A stretch of 64,000 nt of DNA, from positions 9,910-73,909 of the forward strand of contig JAHEDG010000010.1 in the NCBI GenBank assembly GCA_024641335.1, written 5' to 3'. The notes under the pieces were generated by a model that saw nothing but the letters and a program-made list of their open reading frames with translations, did not search any database and was not told where the DNA came from. This DNA is from Candidatus Zixiibacteriota bacterium (GTDB taxonomy: Bacteria; Zixibacteria; MSB-5A5; UBA10806). Below are positions 29,552 to 38,863 of the stretch, one piece after another. Position numbers and translations under genes: made by a program. Positions within the stretch are counted from its first letter, which is position 1; every line of letters begins with the position of its first letter.

Positions 29552-29985
29552 CCATCCAGCACAAACGTAACCGGACCGTAATTTAGGAGCTTAACCTTCA
29601 TCCTGGCACCGAACTCTCCGGTTTTGATTTCGAGTCCGGATCCACGCAGTTTTTCAACAAAGTAATCAAATAGAATTTGGGCTTCCGCCGGTTTCATCGC
29701 TTTTGAGAAACTCGGCCTTCTCCCTTTGGCCAGATCGGCTGACAAGGTGAACTGACTGACCGCCAGTATCGCTCCCTTAACATCGGAAATCGAGAGATTC
29801 ATTTTACCTTCGTCATCTTCAAAAACCCTAAGACCCAGGCATCGGTCGGCGAGATAATCAGCGGTCTTTTCAGTATCTCCCTCGTCGGCTCCCACCAACA
29901 GAAGAAATCCCGGACCGATGTCGCTTATTATTGCGGAGTTAACCTCAACCGAGGCTTCGGAAACCCGCTGAATTACGATTCTCAC
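29548..29985 (-). CDS. dtd: D-aminoacyl-tRNA deacylase
   Basis: 145 aa starting MRIVIQRVSEASV with the …SQFTL… motif of Dtd. Confidence 0.85.
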   Translation of the reverse strand: MRIVIQRVSEASVEVNSAIISDIGPGFLLLVGADEGDTEKTADYLADRCLGLRVFEDDEGKMNLSISDVKGAILAVSQFTLSADLAKGRRPSFSKAMKPAEAQILFDYFVEKLRGSGLEIKTGEFGARMKVKLLNYGPVTFVLDG

Positions 29986-30034
29986 AGCCCCTCCGGCCAG
30001 TGGGAGTATTTAGCATTATTATTCAGTCCAGTCA

Positions 30035-30070
30035 ATAAAAAAGCCTGTCTGACTAAAACCATACAGGCTT
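30035..30070 (-). terminator. intrinsic terminator after the TPR lipoprotein / dnaK-dnaJ block
   Basis: Minus-sense AAGCCUGU-auggttttagtcag-ACAGGCUU (8-bp stem) immediately followed by UUUUUUAUU. Confidence 0.65.
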
Positions 30071-30108
30071 AGAAATCTTTAGTCGTGTCGGAGATTGATA
30101 TCGATCAA

Positions 30109-30486
30109 TCACTTAGAATCGAGAGAATCTTCGAAAGTGGACATTATATCGGCGCCTTTTAGAGCTATATCCCTAAGCACCGCGGCATCATCGGCAAGAT
30201 CACAATCCGGATATTCCGAAATAAGCCGGTCGAAGGCCTCGATAGACTCCTTTTTATTTTTCAAATGCTCCATTTGCAGGAATCCGATCATGAAAACAGC
30301 CTTGTATCGATCCTGGCTTTCGGGGTAATTCTCGATAATAAGATCATAGATTTTCAAGGCTTTATTGAACTCCTGGGCCGCCTCGAATTTCTGGGCGTCA
30401 AGATAAAGCTCTTTCTCGGTCCGAACGTCCTGATTGCATGACAAAGCAAACATACCCGCGATAAATCCGACAATTAAGATTCTCAA
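30109..30486 (-). CDS. small TPR-like lipoprotein
   Basis: 125 aa, signal peptide plus lipobox (…FALSC), helical TPR-like body. Preceded by its own promoter. Confidence 0.5.
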   Translation of the reverse strand: MRILIVGFIAGMFALSCNQDVRTEKELYLDAQKFEAAQEFNKALKIYDLIIENYPESQDRYKAVFMIGFLQMEHLKNKKESIEAFDRLISEYPDCDLADDAAVLRDIALKGADIMSTFEDSLDSK

Positions 30487-30532
30487 TTACGCCTCCGAAT
30501 AGCAGTCATCCTATTCAACTACTTTGCTGATA

Positions 30533-30560
30533 ATATTACAATTAATACCGGTTTTGTCAA
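30533..30560 (-). promoter_or_regulatory. sigma70-type promoter for the TPR lipoprotein gene
   Basis: Minus-sense TTGACA (30555-30560), 16-nt spacer, then TAATAT (30533-30538), about 45 nt upstream of the start codon. Confidence 0.45.
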
Positions 30561-30602
30561 GTTCAAATGACCTTGGGGTGAAATTCGTTTTCTCCGTTAT
30601 CA

Positions 30603-31718
30603 TCAGGTTTTTGCGGTCATCCGGTCGTAGAGTTTTTGCTCTTCAGCCGACATATTCCCCGGTACTCGTATATCTACAACCACGATTTGATCTCCCTGCC
30701 TTTTTCCAGCTGTCAATCCGAGTCCCTTGAGTCTGAATTTGGATCCCTGTTTGGTCCCGGGCGGGATTTTGACTTCGGCTTTATCGCCTTTTACTGTCCG
30801 AACCCTGACCCTGGTTCCATTGACCGCCTGATTTAATTCAATAACTATTTTGCAGAATATATTCAAACCCTCTCTCCAGAAGAAATGATCGCCTTTTATA
30901 TCAACCCGAAGATACAGATCTCCCGGAACGCCTCCGTTTCCCCCGGGATTGCCGAGTCCTTTTAATCTGATTTTTTTTCCCGCTTCGGCGCCAGCGGGGA
31001 TATTGACAGCAATTTCTCTCGGACGGGTTACCGATCCGGCTCCCCTGCATTTTTTGCATAATTCGCCGGTGATAATGCCTCGTCCCAGGCAACGCGGGCA
31101 GGGTCGTGAGACGGCGAAATTACCTTGAGTAAAGGTAATCATTCCACGGCCGTGGCAATCGGGGCATGGTGTCCTGGCGGATCCGGGGCGGGAGCCAGCG
31201 CCTTTGCAATCATTACAAACCTCGGTTATATTGAGTTTCAGCGAAGCCTTCCCTCCTTTGGCGGCGACCGCAAAAGGTATGGTTAGATCGGCGTAAAGAT
31301 CGTCTCCTTGTTGAGCACCACCTGCCTGTCCGAATCCGGGGCTTTTCCCGAACCCCCTGATATTGTCGCCAAAAAGGGATGAGAAGATATCGGCGAATGA
31401 TCCGAACCCTCCGGATTGTCCGAAGCTGGAGGAAATATCCTCAAAATTGAAGCCTTGAGCGGCTGCGCCCCGTCCGGAGCGAGCTGAATCGAAACCCTCG
31501 AAGCCGCCGTATTTTTTCATCTGGTCATATTGCGACCGTTTACTCTGATCGGAGAGAGTTTCGTTGGCTTCTGAAATCTCCTTAAATTTGGCCTCTGCCC
31601 GCTTATCACCGGGGTTGGCGTCGGGATGGTATTTCTTTGCTAGTTTCCGATAGGCCTTTTTTATCTCTTCGCCGGAGGCAGCTTCGGGCACGCCCAGTAT
31701 TTTATAATAGTCATTCAT
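30603..31718 (-). CDS. dnaJ: chaperone DnaJ (Hsp40)
   Basis: J domain with HPD (YHPDANPGD), G/F-rich linker, four CxxCxGxG repeats and C-terminal CTD I/II. Confidence 0.9.
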   Translation of the reverse strand: MNDYYKILGVPEAASGEEIKKAYRKLAKKYHPDANPGDKRAEAKFKEISEANETLSDQSKRSQYDQMKKYGGFEGFDSARSGRGAAAQGFNFEDISSSFGQSGGFGSFADIFSSLFGDNIRGFGKSPGFGQAGGAQQGDDLYADLTIPFAVAAKGGKASLKLNITEVCNDCKGAGSRPGSARTPCPDCHGRGMITFTQGNFAVSRPCPRCLGRGIITGELCKKCRGAGSVTRPREIAVNIPAGAEAGKKIRLKGLGNPGGNGGVPGDLYLRVDIKGDHFFWREGLNIFCKIVIELNQAVNGTRVRVRTVKGDKAEVKIPPGTKQGSKFRLKGLGLTAGKRQGDQIVVVDIRVPGNMSAEEQKLYDRMTAKT

Positions 31719-32302
31719 CAGCTTACTAAAATAGTAGCGTTTATGATGTAATTGCCATCCCGGAAGACCAACTTATCGTTATTTCTGATCCCGGGTTTGA
31801 TAGTCAGTCGGCTTTTGCCGGTTCCCTCGATCATACCTTTCCCATGGCATTCTCCGCATGTAGAGAATACTGTGCCGCCAAAACCGAAACATCTATGGCA
31901 GATAATTTCTCTGGGGATATTCAGCTCGATATTAATCCCGTTCCGTGACTCTTTGGGTGAAATCGGGATATCGACATCAATTTTCGATTTTCGGTCCAAG
32001 CCTAACCGCCGGGATAGAACATCGACAAGATCATCGAAAACATCAACCGGCCCGGATTTCAGAACAGGGACTATCCGTCTGAACGGCTCTCCCTTGAAAG
32101 GTGTGCGGCTTAGTTTCAAGTCATAGGGTTTTCGACGTTCGGGATCAATTAATGTTTCGTAAGCAGTCCTAATTTCAAGAAAAGCGGTGTGGTCTCCCCC
32201 TGTATCGGGATGATAGATCCTGGCCAGCCTTCTATAAGCTGTCTTTATCTCCTTTGCGGAGGAGCCCTGAGAGATTTTCAGCAAGGAATAATGAGTTTTC
32301 AT
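31718..32302 (-). CDS. J-domain protein with a single CxxCxGxG pair (mini-DnaJ), translationally coupled to dnaJ
   Basis: 194 aa. J domain with HPD (YHPDTGGD), then CHRCFGFGG and CGECHGKG (one Zn centre). It has no G/F region or CTDs. Its stop overlaps the dnaJ ATG by 1 nt. Confidence 0.7.
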   Translation of the reverse strand: MKTHYSLLKISQGSSAKEIKTAYRRLARIYHPDTGGDHTAFLEIRTAYETLIDPERRKPYDLKLSRTPFKGEPFRRIVPVLKSGPVDVFDDLVDVLSRRLGLDRKSKIDVDIPISPKESRNGINIELNIPREIICHRCFGFGGTVFSTCGECHGKGMIEGTGKSRLTIKPGIRNNDKLVFRDGNYIINATILVS

Positions 32303-32449
32303 TTAGAATAAATCTATCCTCCATCGGCGATTCTGTCAATAGATGCTCATATAAAAACCGATACCGCCTGCTCCCGGACAACAACCCAATGTCATTAAAA
32401 TATAGGGGCGAAGAGAATAATACCCTCGGTTCGCCCCTTTGTTGAGCGC

Positions 32450-34354
32450 TTAGTTGACCACTTCAAAATCAGCGTCCACCGCTCCATCATCCTGCTTTTC
32501 AGATGAAGTTTTTGAATCGCCGTTGTTTCCACCCGGAGTGCCGGAAGCCGCTGCCGACTGCTGTTGATAGAGCTTGGCCGAGATTTCATGCCATACCGCC
32601 GTAAGCGCTTCGGAAGCGGCTTTCATCTCGTCTGTATTTTCGGTCTTGGTTGTTTCTCTTAAACGATCAACAGCGGCCTGAACTCTGGCCCGATCATCAG
32701 GATCGATTTTACCGTCGAATTCTTTAAGCTGTTTTTCGGTCTGGTATATTTCCTGGTCGATCCGATTTTTCAGATCGATCTTTTCCCTGTTGGCCTTATC
32801 CTCGGACGCATGAGCTTCGGCGTCTTTGACCATTTTATCTATATCCTTCTCTCCCAGCCCGGACGCGGCCTCGATTCTGATCGACTGCTCCTTGCCGGTC
32901 GCTTTGTCTTTGGCCGAGACATTCAGGATACCGTTGGCATCAATATCGAAGGACACTTCGATCTGAGGAACGCCGCGCTGCGAGGGCGGAAGACCGTCAA
33001 GATGGAACCGTCCGATTGTCTTGTTATGAGCAGCCATCTCCCTCTCTCCCTGAAGAACATGAATCTCCACGGAGGTCTGATTATCGGCGGCTGTCGAGAA
33101 GACTTCCGATTTTTTTGTAGGTATAGTGGTGTTTCTCTCAATCAAACGAGTAAACACTCCGCCCAGGGTCTCTATGCCGAGAGACAGAGGAGTAACATCA
33201 AGAAGAAGCACGTCTTTGACATCTCCGGCCAATACTCCGCCCTGGATAGCCGCGCCTATGGCCACGACTTCATCGGGGTTGACGCCTCTATGAGGCTCCC
33301 GTCCGAACAAGGATTTGACCGTTTCCCCGACCTTGGGCATTCTGCTCATGCCGCCTACCAGTATCACTTCGTCTATATCGGAGGCGTTGAGTTTGGCATC
33401 GGCCAGGGCTTTTTTGCAGGGCTGAATAGTACGATCTATAAGATCGTCAACCAATTGCTCGAACCTGGCGCGGGAAAGAGTCAGATTGAGATGTTTCGGG
33501 CCATTCTGATTGGCGGTGATAAAGGGCAGATTGATGCTGGTCTCGACCGTGCTGGAAAGCTCGATTTTGGCTTTTTCGGCGGCCTCTCTTAGCCGTTGGA
33601 CAGCCATAGGGTCGCTCGACAAATCGATGCCATCGGATTTTTTGAACTCGTCTATGAGCCAGTCTATGATTCTTTTATCGAAGTCATCTCCTCCCAGATG
33701 GGTATCGCCGTTTGTGGAACGAACTTCGAAAACTCCGTCACCGATCTCAAGTATGGAGATATCGAACGTACCACCGCCGAGATCATAGACGGCTATTTTC
33801 TGATCCTTCTTTTTATCCAGACCGTAAGCCAAAGCGGCGGCCGTCGGTTCGTTTATGATCCGAAGCACTTCCAGCCCGGCAATCCTGCCGGCGTCTTTGG
33901 TGGCCTTGCGCTGGGCGTCATTAAAATAAGCAGGAACAGTAATCACAGCTTTGGCGACCTTCTGGCCGAGGAAATCCTCGGCAGTTTGTTTGAGCTTTCC
34001 TAATATCATGGCCGAGATTTCCGGAGGGGTGAACTGCTCTCCGCCCATCTCGATATTAACGGCGCCGTTGGGCCCGGATTTTACTTTGTATGGGAAATTA
34101 GCGATTTCAGAGCTTGTCTCGCTGAAAAGCCGTCCCATAAATCTTTTTACGGAAAATATGGTATCCTTCGGATTGGTTATCGCCTGACGTTTGGCCACCT
34201 GGCCGACCAGACGTTCGCCGGTCTTATTGATAGATACCACCGAAGGGGTGGTACGAGCTCCTTCGGAATTGGGTATCACCACCGGATCTCCGCCCTCCAT
34301 GACGGACACGCACGAATTGGTGGTCCCCAGATCGATTCCAATTATCTTTGTCAT
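32450..34354 (-). CDS. dnaK: chaperone DnaK (Hsp70)
   Basis: 634 aa with [18 protein letters not shown] and the canonical NBD/SBD organisation. Confidence 0.95.
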   Translation of the reverse strand: MTKIIGIDLGTTNSCVSVMEGGDPVVIPNSEGARTTPSVVSINKTGERLVGQVAKRQAITNPKDTIFSVKRFMGRLFSETSSEIANFPYKVKSGPNGAVNIEMGGEQFTPPEISAMILGKLKQTAEDFLGQKVAKAVITVPAYFNDAQRKATKDAGRIAGLEVLRIINEPTAAALAYGLDKKKDQKIAVYDLGGGTFDISILEIGDGVFEVRSTNGDTHLGGDDFDKRIIDWLIDEFKKSDGIDLSSDPMAVQRLREAAEKAKIELSSTVETSINLPFITANQNGPKHLNLTLSRARFEQLVDDLIDRTIQPCKKALADAKLNASDIDEVILVGGMSRMPKVGETVKSLFGREPHRGVNPDEVVAIGAAIQGGVLAGDVKDVLLLDVTPLSLGIETLGGVFTRLIERNTTIPTKKSEVFSTAADNQTSVEIHVLQGEREMAAHNKTIGRFHLDGLPPSQRGVPQIEVSFDIDANGILNVSAKDKATGKEQSIRIEAASGLGEKDIDKMVKDAEAHASEDKANREKIDLKNRIDQEIYQTEKQLKEFDGKIDPDDRARVQAAVDRLRETTKTENTDEMKAASEALTAVWHEISAKLYQQQSAAASGTPGGNNGDSKTSSEKQDDGAVDADFEVVN

Positions 34355-34439
34355 TTTTACTAATCCTCCTTTATCTTCATCTTTCTTTATTCTACATGTG
34401 GGTCCTGGGATTGATCCAATTCCTATCCGGATCTATCCC

Positions 34440-34516
34440 GCCCGGATTTTCCGGTATTAAACAGTTTAACTCAGAAAGCCCGGGCGGGATACGGGGGGAT
34501 CCCCCCGTATCAATCG
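34440..34516 (-). promoter_or_regulatory. nested perfect palindromes between hsp20 and dnaK (terminator and/or regulatory element)
   Basis: Directly after the hsp20 stop: a 24-nt perfect palindrome GATACGGGGGGATCCCCCCGTATC. It is followed by an 11-bp inverted repeat ATCCCGCCCGG…CCGGGCGGGAT enclosing a 34-nt loop that itself holds a near-palindrome, TTAAACTGTTTAA. No U-run follows. Confidence 0.4.
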
Positions 34517-34960
34517 TTATTTGATTCCGACACGAATCTCCTTCGGTTTGGCATCTTCCTTCTTTGGGAGCATTACGGACAGAACGCCATCGACAAACTC
34601 GGCTTCAATTCCGGAATGATCGATCGAGGGAGGAAGATTGACGGTTCTGCAAAGCGATCCGAAAGAGCGCTCCATCATGTAATGCGCATCATCTTTCGAT
34701 TCGCTTTTCTTGCTTTTCGTTCCGCTAATGGTCAGGAGATTATTCTGCAAGGTAATTCTGATATCCTCTTTTTTAAGCCCCGGCAGATCCGCGGCAACCA
34801 CGAATTTATCGTTTTTTTCGATTATATCCAAAGGAAGCGACATCATGGCCCCGTCTTCTCCCCTGACATCTCCCAGGAAATCACCGAACATCCGGTTGAT
34901 CTCATCCTGGATAGAGAGAATATTCCTTGCCGGTCTCCATCTTACCAATGACATGTTCAT
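34517..34960 (-). CDS. Hsp20/alpha-crystallin family small heat-shock protein
   Basis: 147 aa with an alpha-crystallin domain (…LPLDIIEKNDKFVVAADLPGLKKEDI…AEFVDGVLSVMLPK). Confidence 0.85.
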   Translation of the reverse strand: MNMSLVRWRPARNILSIQDEINRMFGDFLGDVRGEDGAMMSLPLDIIEKNDKFVVAADLPGLKKEDIRITLQNNLLTISGTKSKKSESKDDAHYMMERSFGSLCRTVNLPPSIDHSGIEAEFVDGVLSVMLPKKEDAKPKEIRVGIK

Positions 34961-34968
34961 TCACCTCC

Positions 34969-35343
34969 CTACTTAATCGAAATATCTTTCGGTTTCGATT
35001 CGGCTGATTTTTTCAGGACGATCACGAGGACACCGTTTTGGAGCTCGGCCTCGATATTGTTCCTGTCCGCGTTATCCGGAAGCCGGAATGAACGCTGGAA
35101 TCTGCCGAAATTTCTTTCGGAGATTATCGCCTGATCGTCTTCGCTTATATTTCTTTTCTTTTCTCCGGAAACGATCAACAGATCATTTTCCACCCAGATT
35201 TTGACATCGTCTTTGAGGGCACCCGGGATTTCGATTTTGAGATTGAACTCGGTATCGTTCTCGAAAACATCGACCCTGGGCTGTGGGGCGCGAGGGTTTC
35301 TGTTGGCCAAGGCCGGGTTAGGCATTAAATTGAATCTTATCAT
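34969..35343 (-). CDS. Hsp20/alpha-crystallin family small heat-shock protein (second copy)
   Basis: 124 aa; …DVFENDTEFNLKIEIPGALKDDV…AELQNGVLVIVLKK. Confidence 0.85.
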   Translation of the reverse strand: MIRFNLMPNPALANRNPRAPQPRVDVFENDTEFNLKIEIPGALKDDVKIWVENDLLIVSGEKKRNISEDDQAIISERNFGRFQRSFRLPDNADRNNIEAELQNGVLVIVLKKSAESKPKDISIK

Positions 35344-35543
35344 TTTTTCTCCTTTTTAAAGGTTCATTTAAGCTACCGCTATAAGGAGGTCAAAAAGCGT
35401 GCCAATCGACATTTGGAAACGATAAGGCATTATAAGATGATAAGATATGAAATTGGCTTTATCATATGCAAAATATTAATTCTGGCCTTCATGCCTTAAT
35501 GACAGTATGAATCGCCATTATGACATGCGACTGTCAAAATGGC

Positions 35544-37715
35544 TTATAAATTTTCTCTGAGACCCAGAACTATTTTAGCGGTATTGGAAAGTAAGTCTTT
35601 TTTGAACAAAGACTTGGTAAAGCTTTTACGGGAGTATTCCTCGAGTTTTCCAACGGCAGTTTCGTCGCCGATGCGGTAGAGGGCTTTAATTATAGCGACT
35701 TGGATTTCCTCTTTGTTCTTTTTGGAGATACCAAGTTCATCGAAAAGAGAGTCGTTTTCGAAAATTTCAATAAGTAGATCTCGTGATTGAGAGTCTCCGA
35801 TCCTGCTGAGGGATGCGACAGCCAGCACCCGGCAATCGTCGATGGTTTTGAATATATGCATAAGTCTTTGGATCATATCTGGATGTCCAGATAGTCCCAT
35901 GGCGATAATAGCGACTTTCCGAACTTCAAACTCGGAATCGGAGGATAGTTTTTCGAGGAGTTTTCCGGTACCTGCCGCTGTCATCCCTTCGAGGGTCTTG
36001 ACTATCTCCATTCTTACCCGGATAATAGGCCATCCGGCCATAAGTTCCAGATACGGCAGAGCTTCCTCGGCGTTGATATCTTTCAATACCCGCAGGATAT
36101 TTCTGTAGAAATACCACTTTTCGTCCGATACCAGGCCGCCGTCGTATTTTCCCACCTCTTCGCCCAGAATACCGGTTAGAACTTCGGCGGATTCCTTTTT
36201 CATATTAACCAGTAGCTTTATGATCCTGGATCTGACATTAATATCCGGATGAGTAATTTTTGAGGCCAGAATTTTGACAATGGCCCTGGAGCCGAGATTG
36301 CCGAAGGCTTCAAAGAAATTGCCGACCTCATCGCTCCAATCCTGTTCGAGCAGTTCGTTCATGGTATCTTCGAGGAGCGTCGACTCGCTGATATCGAGAA
36401 GATTTTTCAAAGCCAGCTTTCGTTTGCTTTCCTGCTGCATGCGATCATCGGCCAGTCCTTTGAGGGTTCCGACTATATATTTCAGTTCTTCCCATCGTTT
36501 TCTTTTCAGCGATTGCCAGGCCATTTGCGAGGCCAGTTCCACAGGTTCGAGAGTATCGTTGGGAGATAGCGCTATCCTGACCACGTCGCGGCAAAGCGCT
36601 CCGAATTCGGAATGAAAACCTCCGCCGGAAAGAACTTCGCTGGCGGCGATTATCAGATTCAGACCCTGTTGCCGAAGTTCGATAGTCGGACCGTTGATGG
36701 AGCGGAGAAGTTCTTCGATCAGGTCGGTCAGATATTCATTTTGTTTATCAGCGGCCAGCTTGAAAACTATTTTTTTGAGTTCTCCGGGATTTACCAGCGA
36801 CGGGTCGGAGTTTTTGAGGATATCCAAGATATTTTCGGATTCCCGGAAGGCGCGGAGCTTGACCACCGATGTTTTATCGAAGATCTCTTCCAGAACAGCA
36901 TCGGGAGCTCCGACTCTTTTGAACAGCTGGTAGATATGATGGAGGTTTCCACCGGCGTCTTTTCTCGACAGATAATCCTTGAATAAACTGTTCAATCCCG
37001 AGAGCATGGTCTTATCCATCTCATCGTCAAGCCAGTTGGTCGAGAGGACAATATTCTCGATCAATTCTGCCGCGCTATCCCTGTCCATTTGAAGCAAAGT
37101 TTCTTTGAAATATCCGGTAAGGAAGCGCAGGCGTATATCGACATTGAGATATCCGGCCACATCGTCATCGGTTTTGAGACGTCCCATATAATAGGCTCCG
37201 ATGATATTTTGATTTTTGGATATGAGCTGTTTTATTCTACGGCTGAGGGATTTCAGATCAGAATCGCCGGGAGTATCAGGACCTTCGAAGCGAAATAAAT
37301 TCGGCGGGGCGCCGATATTAACCGAGACCGAATCGATATTATTGGATTTAAGCATTCTCTCAAGTGAATCATCGCGAGGGCCGGATTTAGCGATAAGACC
37401 GCTGAGCAGGTTATAGAGATCTCCTATATTGATATTGGAGCGGATAGCTATATTGCTCAAGTTATGTTTTTTCATGTCCATAGCCAAACCGGAAACATAT
37501 ACGGAATCGTCGAGCAATATTCCTTCGACCAGAAGCCGTTCTTTATAGAGCTCTATTGTAAAGCTATGTTTGAAGGAGAATATCACATTCAAAGCGTCAA
37601 GGGGCTTTTTCAGTGTCTCCTGGGTGACCGGATGTCCCAGAGGATACATGGAAAGTCTTCTCGAGCTTCCGTAGAGATGACGCAGGATTTCGAGACTTTG
37701 GGCTTTAATATCCAT
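35544..37715 (-). CDS. large soluble protein with C-terminal HEAT/armadillo-like repeats (function unknown)
   Basis: About 720 aa with no TM. The C-terminal third shows HEAT-like repeats (…HPDINVRSRIIKLLVNM…, …DSEFEVRKVAIIAMGLSGHPDM…, …VAIIKALYRIGDETAV…). The start is taken at the second Met (37715) to remove the overlap with the upstream gene. Confidence 0.45.
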   Translation of the reverse strand: MDIKAQSLEILRHLYGSSRRLSMYPLGHPVTQETLKKPLDALNVIFSFKHSFTIELYKERLLVEGILLDDSVYVSGLAMDMKKHNLSNIAIRSNINIGDLYNLLSGLIAKSGPRDDSLERMLKSNNIDSVSVNIGAPPNLFRFEGPDTPGDSDLKSLSRRIKQLISKNQNIIGAYYMGRLKTDDDVAGYLNVDIRLRFLTGYFKETLLQMDRDSAAELIENIVLSTNWLDDEMDKTMLSGLNSLFKDYLSRKDAGGNLHHIYQLFKRVGAPDAVLEEIFDKTSVVKLRAFRESENILDILKNSDPSLVNPGELKKIVFKLAADKQNEYLTDLIEELLRSINGPTIELRQQGLNLIIAASEVLSGGGFHSEFGALCRDVVRIALSPNDTLEPVELASQMAWQSLKRKRWEELKYIVGTLKGLADDRMQQESKRKLALKNLLDISESTLLEDTMNELLEQDWSDEVGNFFEAFGNLGSRAIVKILASKITHPDINVRSRIIKLLVNMKKESAEVLTGILGEEVGKYDGGLVSDEKWYFYRNILRVLKDINAEEALPYLELMAGWPIIRVRMEIVKTLEGMTAAGTGKLLEKLSSDSEFEVRKVAIIAMGLSGHPDMIQRLMHIFKTIDDCRVLAVASLSRIGDSQSRDLLIEIFENDSLFDELGISKKNKEEIQVAIIKALYRIGDETAVGKLEEYSRKSFTKSLFKKDLLSNTAKIVLGLRENL

Positions 37716-37720
37716 AGCTG

Positions 37721-38863
37721 CTACTCCTCCGGAAGTCCGAAACAATAGAGGTTCATATCCTCGCCGACTACAAATATTTTATTCTGGCAGGTTATGGGCC
37801 GAGTGGAGATCATGCCGTCGGTTTTGAATTTGTTTTTGACCAGGCCGCTGGCCTTATCGACAAAATAGACATTGAAATCGATGCTTGTAAATACAGCCAT
37901 TTGTTCGGTAAGAGCCGGCCCTGCCTTGACCGGTCCGGCGATCCTGTTTTTCCAGACAATATCACCGGTTTCGAAATCGAGCCGGACGATAAAACGGTTA
38001 TTGGTTCCGAAATACACTCCTTGGCCATCAGAGGCAATCGGTCCGTAGACCGGCAACTTCAAATCATGGTACCAGACAGTTTGGCCTGAGACCAAATTTA
38101 CTCTGGCAGCCTGGCCATCGGCCGAGCAAAAGATGACCTGATCTTCGACAATAACCGGGGCGTTTCTGATTCTCGCGCCGGTATCGAAGCTCCATAGCAG
38201 TCGTCCGCTCCGGGGATCGAAACATTCCAGGACGCCGTCATCCGGGAAGATAAGAATTCCGAGTTCGGAACCGGAAACGGGCGCGGAAACGGTCCGATCG
38301 ATTTTTCTATCCCAGATTCGTTTACCTTGTGAGATATCGAAGCATCGCAAGTATCCCATACCATCCAACCAAATAAGTTTATCACCCAAGACCAGTGGTT
38401 CTCCGCCGGCTCCATTCAGATCGGCCTCCCAAAGCTGTTGGCGGTCAACCCAATTTTCCACCATCAAGCGGTATCCACCGATATTCAGGACAGCCATAGA
38501 ATCCGATATGACTACAGGAGCCATAACCGGCTCCTTAAAGCTTATTTCGGCATAAATATCGCCGTTATTAGCCGAAACAACATGGAGTTTATTATCGGGT
38601 GTGGAAATAAGCAGGAAACCTAACGCGCCTGTAGGTTCGATGTGCAGCGGATATTTGAATTTTCTGACCCAGAGCAATCCAGGCTGTTGGGAAAACGATA
38701 TATCGGAGTATGAAGATCTTTCGGGGCTACCTCCGCTATGATTCCAGAGGCAGCCATCCGGTCGATCTTTCAATACTATGGGGGCGGACGGCCCGCACCC
38801 GCAGGCGGCCGCTATTACCCCTCCCAGTATGACCAGCGAGAATGTTTTCTTTAGAAGTTCCAC
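37721..38863 (-). CDS. PQQ-like / BamB-like beta-propeller repeat protein with signal peptide
   Basis: 380 aa. N-terminal signal/lipobox-like segment (…AAACGCG), then repeated …G.V…D..TG…W motifs of PQQ-type propellers (BamB/YfgL-like). Confidence 0.65.
   Translation of the reverse strand: MELLKKTFSLVILGGVIAAACGCGPSAPIVLKDRPDGCLWNHSGGSPERSSYSDISFSQQPGLLWVRKFKYPLHIEPTGALGFLLISTPDNKLHVVSANNGDIYAEISFKEPVMAPVVISDSMAVLNIGGYRLMVENWVDRQQLWEADLNGAGGEPLVLGDKLIWLDGMGYLRCFDISQGKRIWDRKIDRTVSAPVSGSELGILIFPDDGVLECFDPRSGRLLWSFDTGARIRNAPVIVEDQVIFCSADGQAARVNLVSGQTVWYHDLKLPVYGPIASDGQGVYFGTNNRFIVRLDFETGDIVWKNRIAGPVKAGPALTEQMAVFTSIDFNVYFVDKASGLVKNKFKTDGMISTRPITCQNKIFVVGEDMNLYCFGLPEE

Noticed and set aside
34355-35543. 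CIRCE/HrcA operator or a convincing sigma32 promoter upstream of hsp20 and dnaK
   Set aside because: No TTAGCACTC-N9-GAGTGCTAA-like inverted repeat. Only partial -35/-10 matches (TTGGAT…TAGAAT with a 19-nt spacer) were found, and these are not reported as features.
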